Part shown: one piece after another, positions 47,309-57,227 of the stretch | Position numbering within the stretch: the stretch's first letter is position 1 | Layout: each line of letters opens with the position of its first letter | Assembly: GCA_025454475.1 (NCBI GenBank) | Contig: JALOOJ010000001.1 | Location: forward strand, 6,015 to 70,014 | Direction of reading: 5' to 3' | Length of the DNA stretch: 64,000 bases | From: Anaerolineae bacterium | Lineage (GTDB): Bacteria > Chloroflexota > Anaerolineae > B4-G1 > SLSP01 | Translations under genes and position numbers: made by a program | Notes under the pieces: model-generated | The model's input: the letters and a program-made list of their open reading frames with translations, nothing else | The model's database searches: none | What the model was told of the DNA's origin: nothing

Positions 47309-49867
47309 TCAAAGGCCTTCTGCGCCAGTCGTCACATATTGCAGCAGCCGGATCGCAGCCTGCTTCGCGCCGGGCTCACTCTCACCCGCGGGGCCAACAC
47401 AGGAAGGACAGCCATCGCTGCACGGGCAGGTCTGCACCCGCTCCAGGGCCGCGGCAGCCACGCGGGGCCAAAGGTCCACCAGCCGCGGAGATAGCCCCAC
47501 CCCGCCGGGGACGCCATCGTAGACGATGACGGCAGGCTGTCCAGATACGGCATCGCGCGCCTCGACCGCGGTGCCGAGGTCACCTGGATCACACATCAGG
47601 AACACCGGCGTGAGGTGGCGCAGGAGATAAGCCAAGCCGCTCAACGCCGTTCTGGCGCCGCGAGCGCGCTCCACCTGCTGATGACAGACACTACACAGCG
47701 TCAGCAAGTTCTCCGGGGTGTGGGCAAGCCGCAGTGCCATCGGGCGCGCGAACTTCGCCATAAAAGCTCGCACCGGCGTGAGGTGGTGGACTTCGAGTGG
47801 GTGCGCCGGCTCCTGTGTTCGACCACAGAGGCGACAGCAGTTGGCATCACGCGCGAGGATCTGTGCGCGGATTGCGGGCCACTCAGGCCCATAGTCCAGG
47901 GGGGCGACCATGATGCCTTCGTCCGCAAGGGCCTCTACCACATCGGTGTCGAGCGTCAGCCGAAACGCCTCTGTCTCCATCTGCTGCTCGGGAAGATGGA
48001 TCTCGCCCCAGCCTAGTGTCTCGTGCGTGTCAAGGTGCACCCGACGGTAAGCCGCAGGTTTGATATGCACCATGACCTCCTCATCGGTGCATGCACGACC
48101 GCGGGAGTAGCCCTCGCCGGGGGGTTCGCGACGTCGCAGCGCCAGGCGCTCCACTCTGGTGGATGCAGACGCGACGGTGTAGTAGTCCGTATCAGCGGCC
48201 CGCGCCGAGGCGATGCCCTGCTCCCAGTCAAGCGACTCGATGAGATACGGCTCAGCGCCGTGGAAGTAGATGGCCCCCTCGTGAACAAGCAGCGGCGCGC
48301 TGGGGCGGTCGACGGTGCCTATGACCCCCTGCTCGACCGTGTGCACAACCACGTTGTCGGCAACAGAGCTCCGGAGTGACACCATCTGGGCCGGGTACGT
48401 CTCGCCAACCCAGGTGAACTGGTCGCGGCTCTGGTGCAGCACGCCCTCGGACGACAGCGCCTCCAGCAGCGCGTCCACCTCGACATGGTCGCCGAACCGC
48501 TCGCCACGCTGGAAGGGAAGCTCGAACGCCGCACAGGTCAGGTGGGAGGCCAGCAGGCTCAGCGCATCGGGGTTAGCGCGCGCTTCCTCAGGCGATCGTC
48601 CGAAGAAGTACTCCGGGTGCGCGACCAGGTATTGGTCCAGCGGGTCCGATGTGGCGACCATCACGGAGAGCGAGGTGCTCGCGCGCCGACCGGCGCGTCC
48701 CATCTGCTGCCGTGCCCCGGCGATCGTACCTGGATAGCCAACCAGCACAGAGGCGTCGAGGGCGCCGATATCGATGCCCAGCTCCAGCGCGTTGGTCGCG
48801 ATGACCACTCGCACACGCCCTTGGCGCAACCCGGCCTCGATCGCGCGCCGCTCGTGGGGCAGATAACCGCCCCGGTACCCCTGGACCACCTCAGGATCGA
48901 AACCCAGGTGCGCCGCGCGGGCACGCATCTCCCGCAGCAGCAGCTCGACTGAGAGCCGGGAGCGAGCGAAGACGATCGTCTGCACGTCGGCCTGGAGGAG
49001 CCGGGTCGTCAGCTTGAGCGCCTCATCCGTGGCGCTCGCCCGCAGGCCCAGGGCAGGGTTGAGCAAGGGCGGGTTGTAGAACAGCACGTGGCGCTGCCCA
49101 TAGGCGGCGCCATCCGCATCCACCGTGTCCGCTGGGTGCTCCCACAACGTCTCCGCCAACTCCCCGGGATTCGAGATCGTGGCCGACGCTGCCAGGTACC
49201 GGGGCCCAGCACCGTAGAAGTCCGTGATACGGCGCAGCCGGCGGAGCACGTTGGCCACGTGGCTGCCGAACACGCCACGATAGATGTGCAGCTCATCGAG
49301 CACCACATACCGCAGACCACGCAGGAAGCGCAGCCACTGCGTATGATGCGGCAATAGTCCCAGATGCAGCATGTCCGGATTTGAGACGAGGATGCGCGCT
49401 TCCTTACGGATCTCAGCCCGCAGACGCTGCGGGGTGTCCCCATCGTAAGCGCGTAGAGCAATCGGGACATCGAGCGCGCCGATCCACCGCTGGATTGCAG
49501 TCACCTGGTCGTGGGCCAGGGCCTTCGTCGGGTAGATGAGCAACGCCGTTGCACCGGGATCCCGCAATAGCGTGTGGAGCACGGGCAAGACATAGCCCAG
49601 CGACTTGCCCGAAGCAGTCCCCGTCGCAAGAACCACGTTTTCGCCGCGCAGGGCAGCCTCGATGGCTGAGACCTGATGCGTGTAGAGCTCGGCGATGCCA
49701 AGACCTGAGGCGGCGGACCGAAGGCGGGGGTCGAGCAACGCGGGCCAAGGCGCGATTTGCGCCGGGCGGCCCGGCAGCGTTCTCCACGCCGTCACGTTGC
49801 GGACGAAGCCGGGATCGGCCTGCTGACGCGCCAACAACGAAGCGAGCCGGTCGGGTGCGTCCGCCAT
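47309..49867 (-). CDS. DEAD/DEAH-box helicase with C-terminal DUF1998 zinc-ribbon domain (MrfA/YprA-like)
   Basis: Motif I LATGTASGKS, DELH motif (VVLDELHIY), SAT, and C-terminal Cys clusters (CCRLCGR...CSVCHQQ, CPCSDGCPSC). Confidence 0.85.
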   Translation of the reverse strand: MADAPDRLASLLARQQADPGFVRNVTAWRTLPGRPAQIAPWPALLDPRLRSAASGLGIAELYTHQVSAIEAALRGENVVLATGTASGKSLGYVLPVLHTLLRDPGATALLIYPTKALAHDQVTAIQRWIGALDVPIALRAYDGDTPQRLRAEIRKEARILVSNPDMLHLGLLPHHTQWLRFLRGLRYVVLDELHIYRGVFGSHVANVLRRLRRITDFYGAGPRYLAASATISNPGELAETLWEHPADTVDADGAAYGQRHVLFYNPPLLNPALGLRASATDEALKLTTRLLQADVQTIVFARSRLSVELLLREMRARAAHLGFDPEVVQGYRGGYLPHERRAIEAGLRQGRVRVVIATNALELGIDIGALDASVLVGYPGTIAGARQQMGRAGRRASTSLSVMVATSDPLDQYLVAHPEYFFGRSPEEARANPDALSLLASHLTCAAFELPFQRGERFGDHVEVDALLEALSSEGVLHQSRDQFTWVGETYPAQMVSLRSSVADNVVVHTVEQGVIGTVDRPSAPLLVHEGAIYFHGAEPYLIESLDWEQGIASARAADTDYYTVASASTRVERLALRRREPPGEGYSRGRACTDEEVMVHIKPAAYRRVHLDTHETLGWGEIHLPEQQMETEAFRLTLDTDVVEALADEGIMVAPLDYGPEWPAIRAQILARDANCCRLCGRTQEPAHPLEVHHLTPVRAFMAKFARPMALRLAHTPENLLTLCSVCHQQVERARGARTALSGLAYLLRHLTPVFLMCDPGDLGTAVEARDAVSGQPAVIVYDGVPGGVGLSPRLVDLWPRVAAAALERVQTCPCSDGCPSCVGPAGESEPGAKQAAIRLLQYVTTGAEGL

Positions 49868-49871
49868 CGAG

Positions 49872-51047
49872 TTAGGCCGCAGCGCGCTTTCGCAGTACCA
49901 GCGGAATCGCCACGAGCGAGATTAACGCAGTCAGAGCCAACCCAACCTCCACGAGGACGCCGATCGCAATCAAGAGGTACCCAATCCTGGGTGCCGAGAC
50001 GGTCAGACCGACTCCGCTCAATGCCAGGATGACTGCGAGGTTCCAGAGCCCGTGAAAGGCGATGGCTGTGCCATAGCCCAAAGGCAAAGCCCACTTGCGT
50101 CCCTGCCAGAACCAGCCCCATCCGAGCCCCACAAGGCCACTCGTCACGCAGTGCATCGCCGTGGCGAAGACGCGCAACCCCACGCCCCCCAGCCACGCAG
50201 CACTGCCCCCGAGCCCAATCGCGCTATTGCCGATGCCCTCAAACCATGCAAATCCCAGTCCGCAGGCCGCGCCCCACAGAAAGGCCATCCGCACCGAAGG
50301 CCGGAACCAGATCCCCGTCACGCCCAGTAGCAAAGTCTTCCCCAGCTCTTCTACCACCGGCGTCACCACTGCCAGCGTAAGGACCATAGTGACGAGGACC
50401 GTCGGGGAGGCCAGGAGCGCCATCAAGTCGGACTGATCCGTCGGTGGGCTCTCCGCCCACTGCTGCAACAACGCCGAGAGCCTTTCCACTTCGCCGGCCC
50501 CACCCGGGAGCACAAGCGTGACCAGCACACCTAACGTTGCACTCGCCATCAGGCCGATGAGTTCCACAGGGACAGCGAGGATGATCGTGGACACCCCGGC
50601 GGTCAGCCCCACGATCGACTGCCTGAAGGAGATCGCGGCATCAGAACCGGATGCCACCACGACAAGCAGAATGAGGGCGAGGCCAGGCAATCCGATGAGA
50701 GCAAAATGGAACGCCGAGAAAACTAGGCCGGCCTGAGTTAGGTCGGGAAGGAGTGCGGCAAGGCAACCCAGCGCCAAGCCGGCAAGAAGGAAAACCAGCC
50801 AACCCCGGCGAAAGAAGATCCGATGCGAAGGGCGCCCACGCCATCCACTCAACCCGCTGAAAATGAGTCCAATCCCCAGCCCTATGGCAAGCAGTCCATA
50901 GCCGGATACGACGCCTGAGACCATACCGAAGGACTGTGGAAAGGCGATCGGGATCACTACAAACACAAGGCCAAGGCCGAACAGGCCAAGACCGAGGAGT
51001 GCAGCAACGCCCCAAAGCCAGACCGGGAACGAGGAAACCGACCTCAT
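49872..51047 (-). CDS. PrsW-family intramembrane metalloprotease
   Basis: EELGK, FATAMH and AFHGLWN motifs (EExxK / FxxxH / HxxxN); ATG at 51045-51047 preferred over the GTG track start. Confidence 0.65.
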   Translation of the reverse strand: MRSVSSFPVWLWGVAALLGLGLFGLGLVFVVIPIAFPQSFGMVSGVVSGYGLLAIGLGIGLIFSGLSGWRGRPSHRIFFRRGWLVFLLAGLALGCLAALLPDLTQAGLVFSAFHFALIGLPGLALILLVVVASGSDAAISFRQSIVGLTAGVSTIILAVPVELIGLMASATLGVLVTLVLPGGAGEVERLSALLQQWAESPPTDQSDLMALLASPTVLVTMVLTLAVVTPVVEELGKTLLLGVTGIWFRPSVRMAFLWGAACGLGFAWFEGIGNSAIGLGGSAAWLGGVGLRVFATAMHCVTSGLVGLGWGWFWQGRKWALPLGYGTAIAFHGLWNLAVILALSGVGLTVSAPRIGYLLIAIGVLVEVGLALTALISLVAIPLVLRKRAAA

Positions 51048-51242
51048 AGGCTTCGATCCTATCACAGTGATGGGTGAGAACAGCAACCAACCCACAGTGC
51101 CAAGGGGCACCGATGCCTACCGCACCCGCAATGATCCAGAAAGACCGGACCGCGCAATCTGCGCGCGGTCCGGAATACACTTCTGCCAATAGCCGGATGA
51201 CCTTGCCGAACCCCAGAGGATCCGGTCGCGGCTGCCAACGCG

Positions 51243-52529
51243 TTACTTCGCGATGATCTCGATCGTTTCGAGCACGTCAGCCACGGGGGCCGCGGGATCG
51301 CCCACGGCGCGTCGAGCCAACGAATCGAGCACCTCGAGCCCCTCGACCACCTGGCCAATGAGCGAGAACTGCCCAGTGAGTTGCGCGGCTTCGGCCCCTA
51401 GCGTAATGAAGAACTGGCCGTTTGAGAGCATGCCCACCAGACCGGCACGATCAAACGTGCCCTGCGCCTCACCTTCACAGGTATAGCCAGGATAGCCGAC
51501 CGTAGAGTTGGTGGGATCGCCGGTCACGGCGACGAAATTGTCACGCACGTAGAAGAAATCGGCGCCATCGTACCACTTCTCCTGCGCCAGGAAGACAAAG
51601 CTGTTAACATTTGCCGGCGCCGACGCGGCCAGCAAGTTCACGCGGATATCGCCCTTGCTCGTCTTGAGCACGGCTTCATAGATGTCCTCCGCCGCGACGG
51701 TCACCGCGGGGGGCTCAGAGTAGAAGATCTCGTCCTGCTTCTCAATGATGCTCAGGAACGCTTGTAGACCCTGGAGCGAGAGCCCAATATCCGAAGGGAA
51801 CAACACGTTGTCGAAGATGAAGCTCGGTGTGCCGGGCAGGCCCAACTCTAGCCCCTCATTGTACTGGCTCTTGACCTTCTCCGTATAGGTCCCGCCATCA
51901 AGGGCAGCGTTGAAGGCGTCCACATCCAGTTGCAGCGTTTGCGCATACGAGGTCAGCACCGGGCGGATTGTCTCTACGGTGAGAGTGCTCCACTGCGCAG
52001 TATTGTCGAAGAGCAGATCATGCATCTCCCAGAACTTCCCCTGCGCACCCGCAGCCTCAGACGCTTCCGCCGTGATGGGAGCCAGCGCGTGGAAGTCCAG
52101 CGGGAAATGGCGATAGACCAGGGCCACATTGGGGTTCTGTTCGACGAACATCTCAACAATAGGGTACATCCCACCACAGCCGGGACACTGGAAGTCCGAG
52201 TACTCGTACAACACAAGGTCCGCATCCGCAATACTAGCGCCCTTGACGTGGTCTGTGTCATCGACAGCTCGCACAGGCAACTGGGGCAGCGGCGAGGCGG
52301 TACAGACTCCCGGCACCTCCGGCGTAACGACGGTCACTGGCTCGTTTGGATCGCCAATGACCGGAGTTGCGAGACCCTCTGCGGTCCCGGCAACGGCAGT
52401 CGGCGGTGTTGTGGGCGCAGTCGTCGGGGGGGTAGTTGGTTCAGGGGTCCCAGTCCCGGGTTTGCAGGCCGTCACCAACAGTATCAGGGCCAACCCAAGG
52501 GCCGGCAGGCTTTGCGCGATTTTCCTCAT
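51243..52529 (-). CDS. lipoprotein fusion: DsbA-like thioredoxin-fold domain plus cyclophilin-type peptidyl-prolyl isomerase domain
   Basis: Lipobox LLVTAC; CPGC active site with DsbA-like surroundings; C-terminal FFYVRDNFVAVTGDP...GYPGYTCEGE...FDRAGLVGMLSNGQFFITL cyclophilin pattern. Confidence 0.65.
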   Translation of the reverse strand: MRKIAQSLPALGLALILLVTACKPGTGTPEPTTPPTTAPTTPPTAVAGTAEGLATPVIGDPNEPVTVVTPEVPGVCTASPLPQLPVRAVDDTDHVKGASIADADLVLYEYSDFQCPGCGGMYPIVEMFVEQNPNVALVYRHFPLDFHALAPITAEASEAAGAQGKFWEMHDLLFDNTAQWSTLTVETIRPVLTSYAQTLQLDVDAFNAALDGGTYTEKVKSQYNEGLELGLPGTPSFIFDNVLFPSDIGLSLQGLQAFLSIIEKQDEIFYSEPPAVTVAAEDIYEAVLKTSKGDIRVNLLAASAPANVNSFVFLAQEKWYDGADFFYVRDNFVAVTGDPTNSTVGYPGYTCEGEAQGTFDRAGLVGMLSNGQFFITLGAEAAQLTGQFSLIGQVVEGLEVLDSLARRAVGDPAAPVADVLETIEIIAK

Positions 52530-52607
52530 CTTATCCGCTCCTATTCGCAGTCAAATCGAGGCCATTGTACCAGGTAAAGCACCTGGATCAATGGCAAGTG
52601 TTGACGC

Positions 52608-53642
52608 TCACTTCTGGGTGGGTGTCGGTCGCGCAGGCCAGAATGGGCGACGTTCAAACCGCCACAGGGCCACGAGGCCGGTCAAGGCGACCAGGCCTCC
52701 AACGATGTAACCCTCCAGGAAGTCGGCCCGCGTCACGAAAATGGCCAGGAGGCCATACACGAAGGCCACGATATAGAGCACGAACACTGCCTCGCGCCTG
52801 GTTAGGCCTGCATAGGTGAGCCGGTGAGACGAGTGGTCGGTTCCCGGTGTGGTCAGTGGGTTCAGGCCGCGCCGCAGGCGCGAGATCGTCACCAGGGTTG
52901 TGTCGAAGATCGGTACGCCCAGGACAAGCAAGGGTACCATCCAGGTCACGAAGGGCACGTTCGCGGGGAAACGCAGCTTGATGCCGAGTGAAGCAAGGGT
53001 CAGCCCCAGAAAGAGCGTCCCCGAATCCCCCATGAAGATCATCGCCGGATTCCAGTTGTAGACCAGGAACCCAATGCAGGCCGCCATCACTGCCACTGAG
53101 AGCGCCCCAACCAGGTACTGCCCACTGAAAGCGCAGAGAAGCGAGAAATGCGCCGCAGCAATGGCCGAGATCCCTGCCGACAGCCCATCCATATTGTCCA
53201 GCAGGTTGATCGCATTGGTGATCCCGATCAGCCAGATCGCCGTTACGGCCAGGTCCAGAGCCCGAAATGGGAACAAGTGCACCGTGACGCCGCTCGCCAT
53301 CACCAAGCCCACAGCCAGAAGCTGTCCGGCAAGTTTGGCGCCTGCGCCAAGGCTGAAGCGATCGTCCCAGAAGCCAAGAAAGGAGACCAAGCTTGCGCCG
53401 ATGAGGATACCTGACAGCTCTCGGAAGACGCCCGGCAGCAAGAGCGCCGCGGCCAGTGTGCTCAGATAGATGGCTATGCCTCCCACCCGTGGTGTAGGCA
53501 CCGTGTGAATCTTCCGTAAGGCATCAGGCTGATCCACAATCTTCATCCGTAAGCCCAGCTTCCGTGCCAGAGGGGTACCCACAACAGCCAGAAACAACAC
53601 GCCAACAAAGACGATGAGATAGGTTGCGATGTCCGGTGTCAT
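52608..53642 (-). CDS. undecaprenyl-phosphate N-acetylhexosamine-1-phosphate transferase (WecA/TagO/MraY family, GT4)
   Basis: DD-x-x-D (FWDDRFSLG), NAINLLDNMDGL and PAMIFMGDSGTLFLG motifs. Confidence 0.85.
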   Translation of the reverse strand: MTPDIATYLIVFVGVLFLAVVGTPLARKLGLRMKIVDQPDALRKIHTVPTPRVGGIAIYLSTLAAALLLPGVFRELSGILIGASLVSFLGFWDDRFSLGAGAKLAGQLLAVGLVMASGVTVHLFPFRALDLAVTAIWLIGITNAINLLDNMDGLSAGISAIAAAHFSLLCAFSGQYLVGALSVAVMAACIGFLVYNWNPAMIFMGDSGTLFLGLTLASLGIKLRFPANVPFVTWMVPLLVLGVPIFDTTLVTISRLRRGLNPLTTPGTDHSSHRLTYAGLTRREAVFVLYIVAFVYGLLAIFVTRADFLEGYIVGGLVALTGLVALWRFERRPFWPARPTPTQK

Positions 53643-56600
53643 GGAACCTCCACCGGTTGGGGAACCTCGGGCGCCAACTCAAACCCAGTTAGCTGATCGA
53701 TCAACTGCTGAATGGCGGAGCGCTGGGCCTCCGGAGCGAGAGACAACGCGGCCTGCGCGGTCTCGAGTGCTAAGGCCGATTGGCCCTGATTGGCATAGGC
53801 AATTGCCAGCACCCGGTACATCTCCCAGAGCTCTGCGTCGGTCGGACACGCTCCAATGGCCTCCTCCAAAGTGGTCGTCGCCTGGTCCCACAGGGATTCC
53901 TGAGCCATCAGCGTGCCAACAACACGACGCACTGTGCAGTTGTCGCGGATGAGCAGCGACCGCTGGTAGGCTTCAATGGCCCCCACGATATCGCCCTGGG
54001 AACTCCGCAGATCGCCCATCAGCATCCATGTCTGCTCGAACTCGTCATCCACGGCCAGCGAGCGCGCGATCGTCTCTTCGTATTTTTGCTGATCACCCAG
54101 ATCAATAGCATAGAGCTGCGCCAGCTCGTTCCAAAGGATCGGGTTGTTCGGGCTCAGGGTGAGCGCCGTGTGATAGTCATCAAGGGCATTCTGGAGCAGC
54201 GCCTGGCGCTTTGCATCCAGCCGTGAGATCTCCGTTGCATCGGTTCCTGCGGCAGAGCGATCTAGGTTGACGCGCGCCGCCCACGACTTGTAGAAGCGCG
54301 CCAGATTGGCGCTGTGATCAGTGTTGAGGAGATTGAGCTCCCTGGCCTCGGTGAGGACCGTTTCTGTACGCAGAAAGAGCGCTTCTCGCTCCTCGGCGGG
54401 CGTCGTATCGGGCAGTCCCTGCGCCAACTCGAGATAGGCCTTGCCCAGGAAGAGATAGTAGTAATCCTCCCGCGGTGCATACACGATCGCGCGCTCGAAA
54501 TGCTGAATGCCAACCCGCTTCTCGTTGACGGTCGTAGCATTGGCAAACACGCCGCCCTGCTTGAAGATGATGTCCGCGCGAATCAGGTTGTAGCTCCCAT
54601 CGCGGATTACAAAGACAGCGCCGAGCAACAACACGCCCAGGGCCAGGAGCCCGACAGTACTGCCGGGATCCCGCGGCAGCCGATGCTCCTGCATCAGGGT
54701 CCACCCCAGGAGAATGACGATCGTGAAGATCAGCACGTAGTAATACCCCAGGAGCCCAGTCAGCATATCGGCAACCTCAACGACCTCATCCAGCGTCGTC
54801 ACCTGGACACGGGTCAGCGAGGCCTGGAATCCGGCGACAAGCATGCCGAAGAGTAGAAACCCGACCATCGCGATACCCGCATACACGCCAATGACCGTAA
54901 GCATCCTTGATCTACGCTGTGACCCAAACGCGCCCTCAGCATCCAGCTCACTCAGCCCGATGACACCAAACAACGTTGCGGAGAAGACTATGATCATCAG
55001 CGCGCCATAGGCGCGAAAGGGTTCGGGAGAAGACATCGTGGTCAGTGACCGGATGAACACGGTGCCCCCCTCAGTCAACCGGTCCGGGTTGTTGACGAAG
55101 TCAAACGCTAACGTGCCCAGAAGGAATGCCGACAGCAGTCCAAGCGCCACCACCCCGGTCAGCCAGGGAGCGAAGAGTCCGCTATGTTGGGAGGTCACGG
55201 GACGCGAAGACCGGCCGGAGCGTGTGCGCGAAGCCGCGCGGCCCTGCACGTCCTGAGCTAGTCCGGGCACACCGGATTCCTGCAGCCCCGGCACCCACTG
55301 GAGTCCCAAGACCACCAAGAGCGCTGCATACGCCCAGAAGGTCGTGCGCGTCGAGGCAATGGCGATCCCGAAGTTCATCTCCACAAAGTGCGCGATCACG
55401 CCGGCCAGAATCCCCATCAGCAACAGGCTGTGCGGATGAGGAGCGGGCGGAGCCACGCCCTGAGCTTCAGCGCCCGATCTGCCTGCAGCAAAGAGCTGAA
55501 GAAAGCCCTGGAGCGTCAGATAGACCATCGTCCCGACCAGGATGCCGAGAGGAATCGCCACTGCGAAGAGATAGGCGCCTTCAAGCTGCCACGCAAGGAT
55601 GAAGAAGACGATGGCGATGACCACATCGATGCTAATGTAAGTGAGAAGATCCCGCCGCGATCGGAGCAGGCCTAACCAGTGGAATCCCCATGCAAAGACA
55701 CTGATGAAAGTGAAGAGATAGGCCGCCAGACCTACTACACCCGTGATGACCAGCGAGTCCAGCGTCTCGTTATGCGAGCGATCCGGGGATGCCGTCCGAG
55801 ACTCGTAGTGCCCCAGCTCGGGCGGGTAGAAGGAGTTGTAGGCGACATACATCGACTCGGGCCCATACCCCACGAGAGGGCGGATGAAGTTCAACTTGTC
55901 CTTGGTGCCGTCGGGAAACGCGATCGGCTCGTGGATGGAGATCAGGTCCACAGTCCCCTGCCAGATGAGACCTCGCACCTTGCCCGTGCCCGACTGCAGC
56001 TCCGTGATCGTCGTCAGACGCTGGAGCGCAGATACCTGCCGCACCCGCTGCTGCAGCGGCCCGGGGATGTTGATCAGCACCATGCCGACAGCGATAGCTA
56101 GCCCCACGCTACCCCAGCCGATCCAGAGCCACTGCCAGCCCTTGCGCTCGACGATGAAATAGAGCCAAAGCCCGCCGAAAATCAATAGAGCCAGTCCCAC
56201 GGCCAGATAGATCGCCAGAGTGCCCTCGAACACCAGGAGTATCAGCCCGGCAACGGCTCCTGCCAGCGCGAGACTGCCCCACCCGAACCCGATGCCGCGA
56301 AGCACTGTCCTGAGACCACGCGAGTCACCCCGACCCGCGGCTGCCGCCTGGCGCTGCAGCACGATGAGCGCGAGATAGGGGAATAGGAATGCGGAGGCGA
56401 CAATGCCAAGCCATGGACCGCGACTCTGTGAGTACCATATGGTCAGAAGCTGCACGGCCCACGCGAAGATGTAGCCGGACGCTCTCAACACATCCGTGGC
56501 TCGCGACTCCTCGCGTCCAAGAATATCGCCAAAGCTCTGTACAATCCGCGCGGCGGTGAGCGGCACGATCATAATGAGATAGGCGGCGACAAAGATCGAG

Positions 56601-57142
56601 TTGCCCATATTGGCCGCGACGCGTGAGGTCACATCGCCCGCCCACGGCAGCGGGTCAAGGCCGTTGTGCTGGATGATGCCATACAGCGAGATGGGCAGGC
56701 TGTTCAAGATGAGAACTGTCACAAGCCGGCTGAGCTGCACCCGCGTCCGTAGGCTGGTCAGCACGGTAAAGAAGATCACCAGATAGGCAAACAGCGTATA
56801 TGTGCCCTGAAGGCGCTGATAGGAGCCGATCAGGCTGGTAAAGGGGACCAGCGAACAGAGCGTGCTGATGAGGTAAACCCCCATCGTCGCGAGGGCAGGC
56901 AGGACGAGCGGCGTCTTGACGGAGAAACGAAGCGGGCGTTCCCCACGCACTGTCTCATCGATCACACGGACCATCCACAGCACAGCCATCACCACGGCCA
57001 GCGCCCGCAGTGTGGTTAGCTTGTCGGGCTCAAAGACGCGACTGCTGTAGACGTTGAAAAACACCGGCGTGATCGTGACCCCCAGAAGCCAACCGGCCTC
57101 GAGCGCGCTGCCACAGAAGAGACTTAGCCGCGACGTGTTCAA
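53639..57142 (-). CDS. giant polytopic membrane protein with O-antigen-ligase (Wzy_C-like) domain and C-terminal TPR repeats
   Basis: More than 20 TM helices; YSQSRGPWLGIVASAF region typical of the O-antigen ligase family; C-terminal 300 aa with TPR-like repeats. Confidence 0.7.
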   Translation of the reverse strand: MNTSRLSLFCGSALEAGWLLGVTITPVFFNVYSSRVFEPDKLTTLRALAVVMAVLWMVRVIDETVRGERPLRFSVKTPLVLPALATMGVYLISTLCSLVPFTSLIGSYQRLQGTYTLFAYLVIFFTVLTSLRTRVQLSRLVTVLILNSLPISLYGIIQHNGLDPLPWAGDVTSRVAANMGNSIFVAAYLIMIVPLTAARIVQSFGDILGREESRATDVLRASGYIFAWAVQLLTIWYSQSRGPWLGIVASAFLFPYLALIVLQRQAAAAGRGDSRGLRTVLRGIGFGWGSLALAGAVAGLILLVFEGTLAIYLAVGLALLIFGGLWLYFIVERKGWQWLWIGWGSVGLAIAVGMVLINIPGPLQQRVRQVSALQRLTTITELQSGTGKVRGLIWQGTVDLISIHEPIAFPDGTKDKLNFIRPLVGYGPESMYVAYNSFYPPELGHYESRTASPDRSHNETLDSLVITGVVGLAAYLFTFISVFAWGFHWLGLLRSRRDLLTYISIDVVIAIVFFILAWQLEGAYLFAVAIPLGILVGTMVYLTLQGFLQLFAAGRSGAEAQGVAPPAPHPHSLLLMGILAGVIAHFVEMNFGIAIASTRTTFWAYAALLVVLGLQWVPGLQESGVPGLAQDVQGRAASRTRSGRSSRPVTSQHSGLFAPWLTGVVALGLLSAFLLGTLAFDFVNNPDRLTEGGTVFIRSLTTMSSPEPFRAYGALMIIVFSATLFGVIGLSELDAEGAFGSQRRSRMLTVIGVYAGIAMVGFLLFGMLVAGFQASLTRVQVTTLDEVVEVADMLTGLLGYYYVLIFTIVILLGWTLMQEHRLPRDPGSTVGLLALGVLLLGAVFVIRDGSYNLIRADIIFKQGGVFANATTVNEKRVGIQHFERAIVYAPREDYYYLFLGKAYLELAQGLPDTTPAEEREALFLRTETVLTEARELNLLNTDHSANLARFYKSWAARVNLDRSAAGTDATEISRLDAKRQALLQNALDDYHTALTLSPNNPILWNELAQLYAIDLGDQQKYEETIARSLAVDDEFEQTWMLMGDLRSSQGDIVGAIEAYQRSLLIRDNCTVRRVVGTLMAQESLWDQATTTLEEAIGACPTDAELWEMYRVLAIAYANQGQSALALETAQAALSLAPEAQRSAIQQLIDQLTGFELAPEVPQPVEVP

Positions 57143-57227
57143 TCTGGCACCCCTTGGAGAAAAATCTGCAAGTCAGACATTTGCATTTAATAAACCTACG
57201 AAATGCGTACACACCAATAACTTCTCC

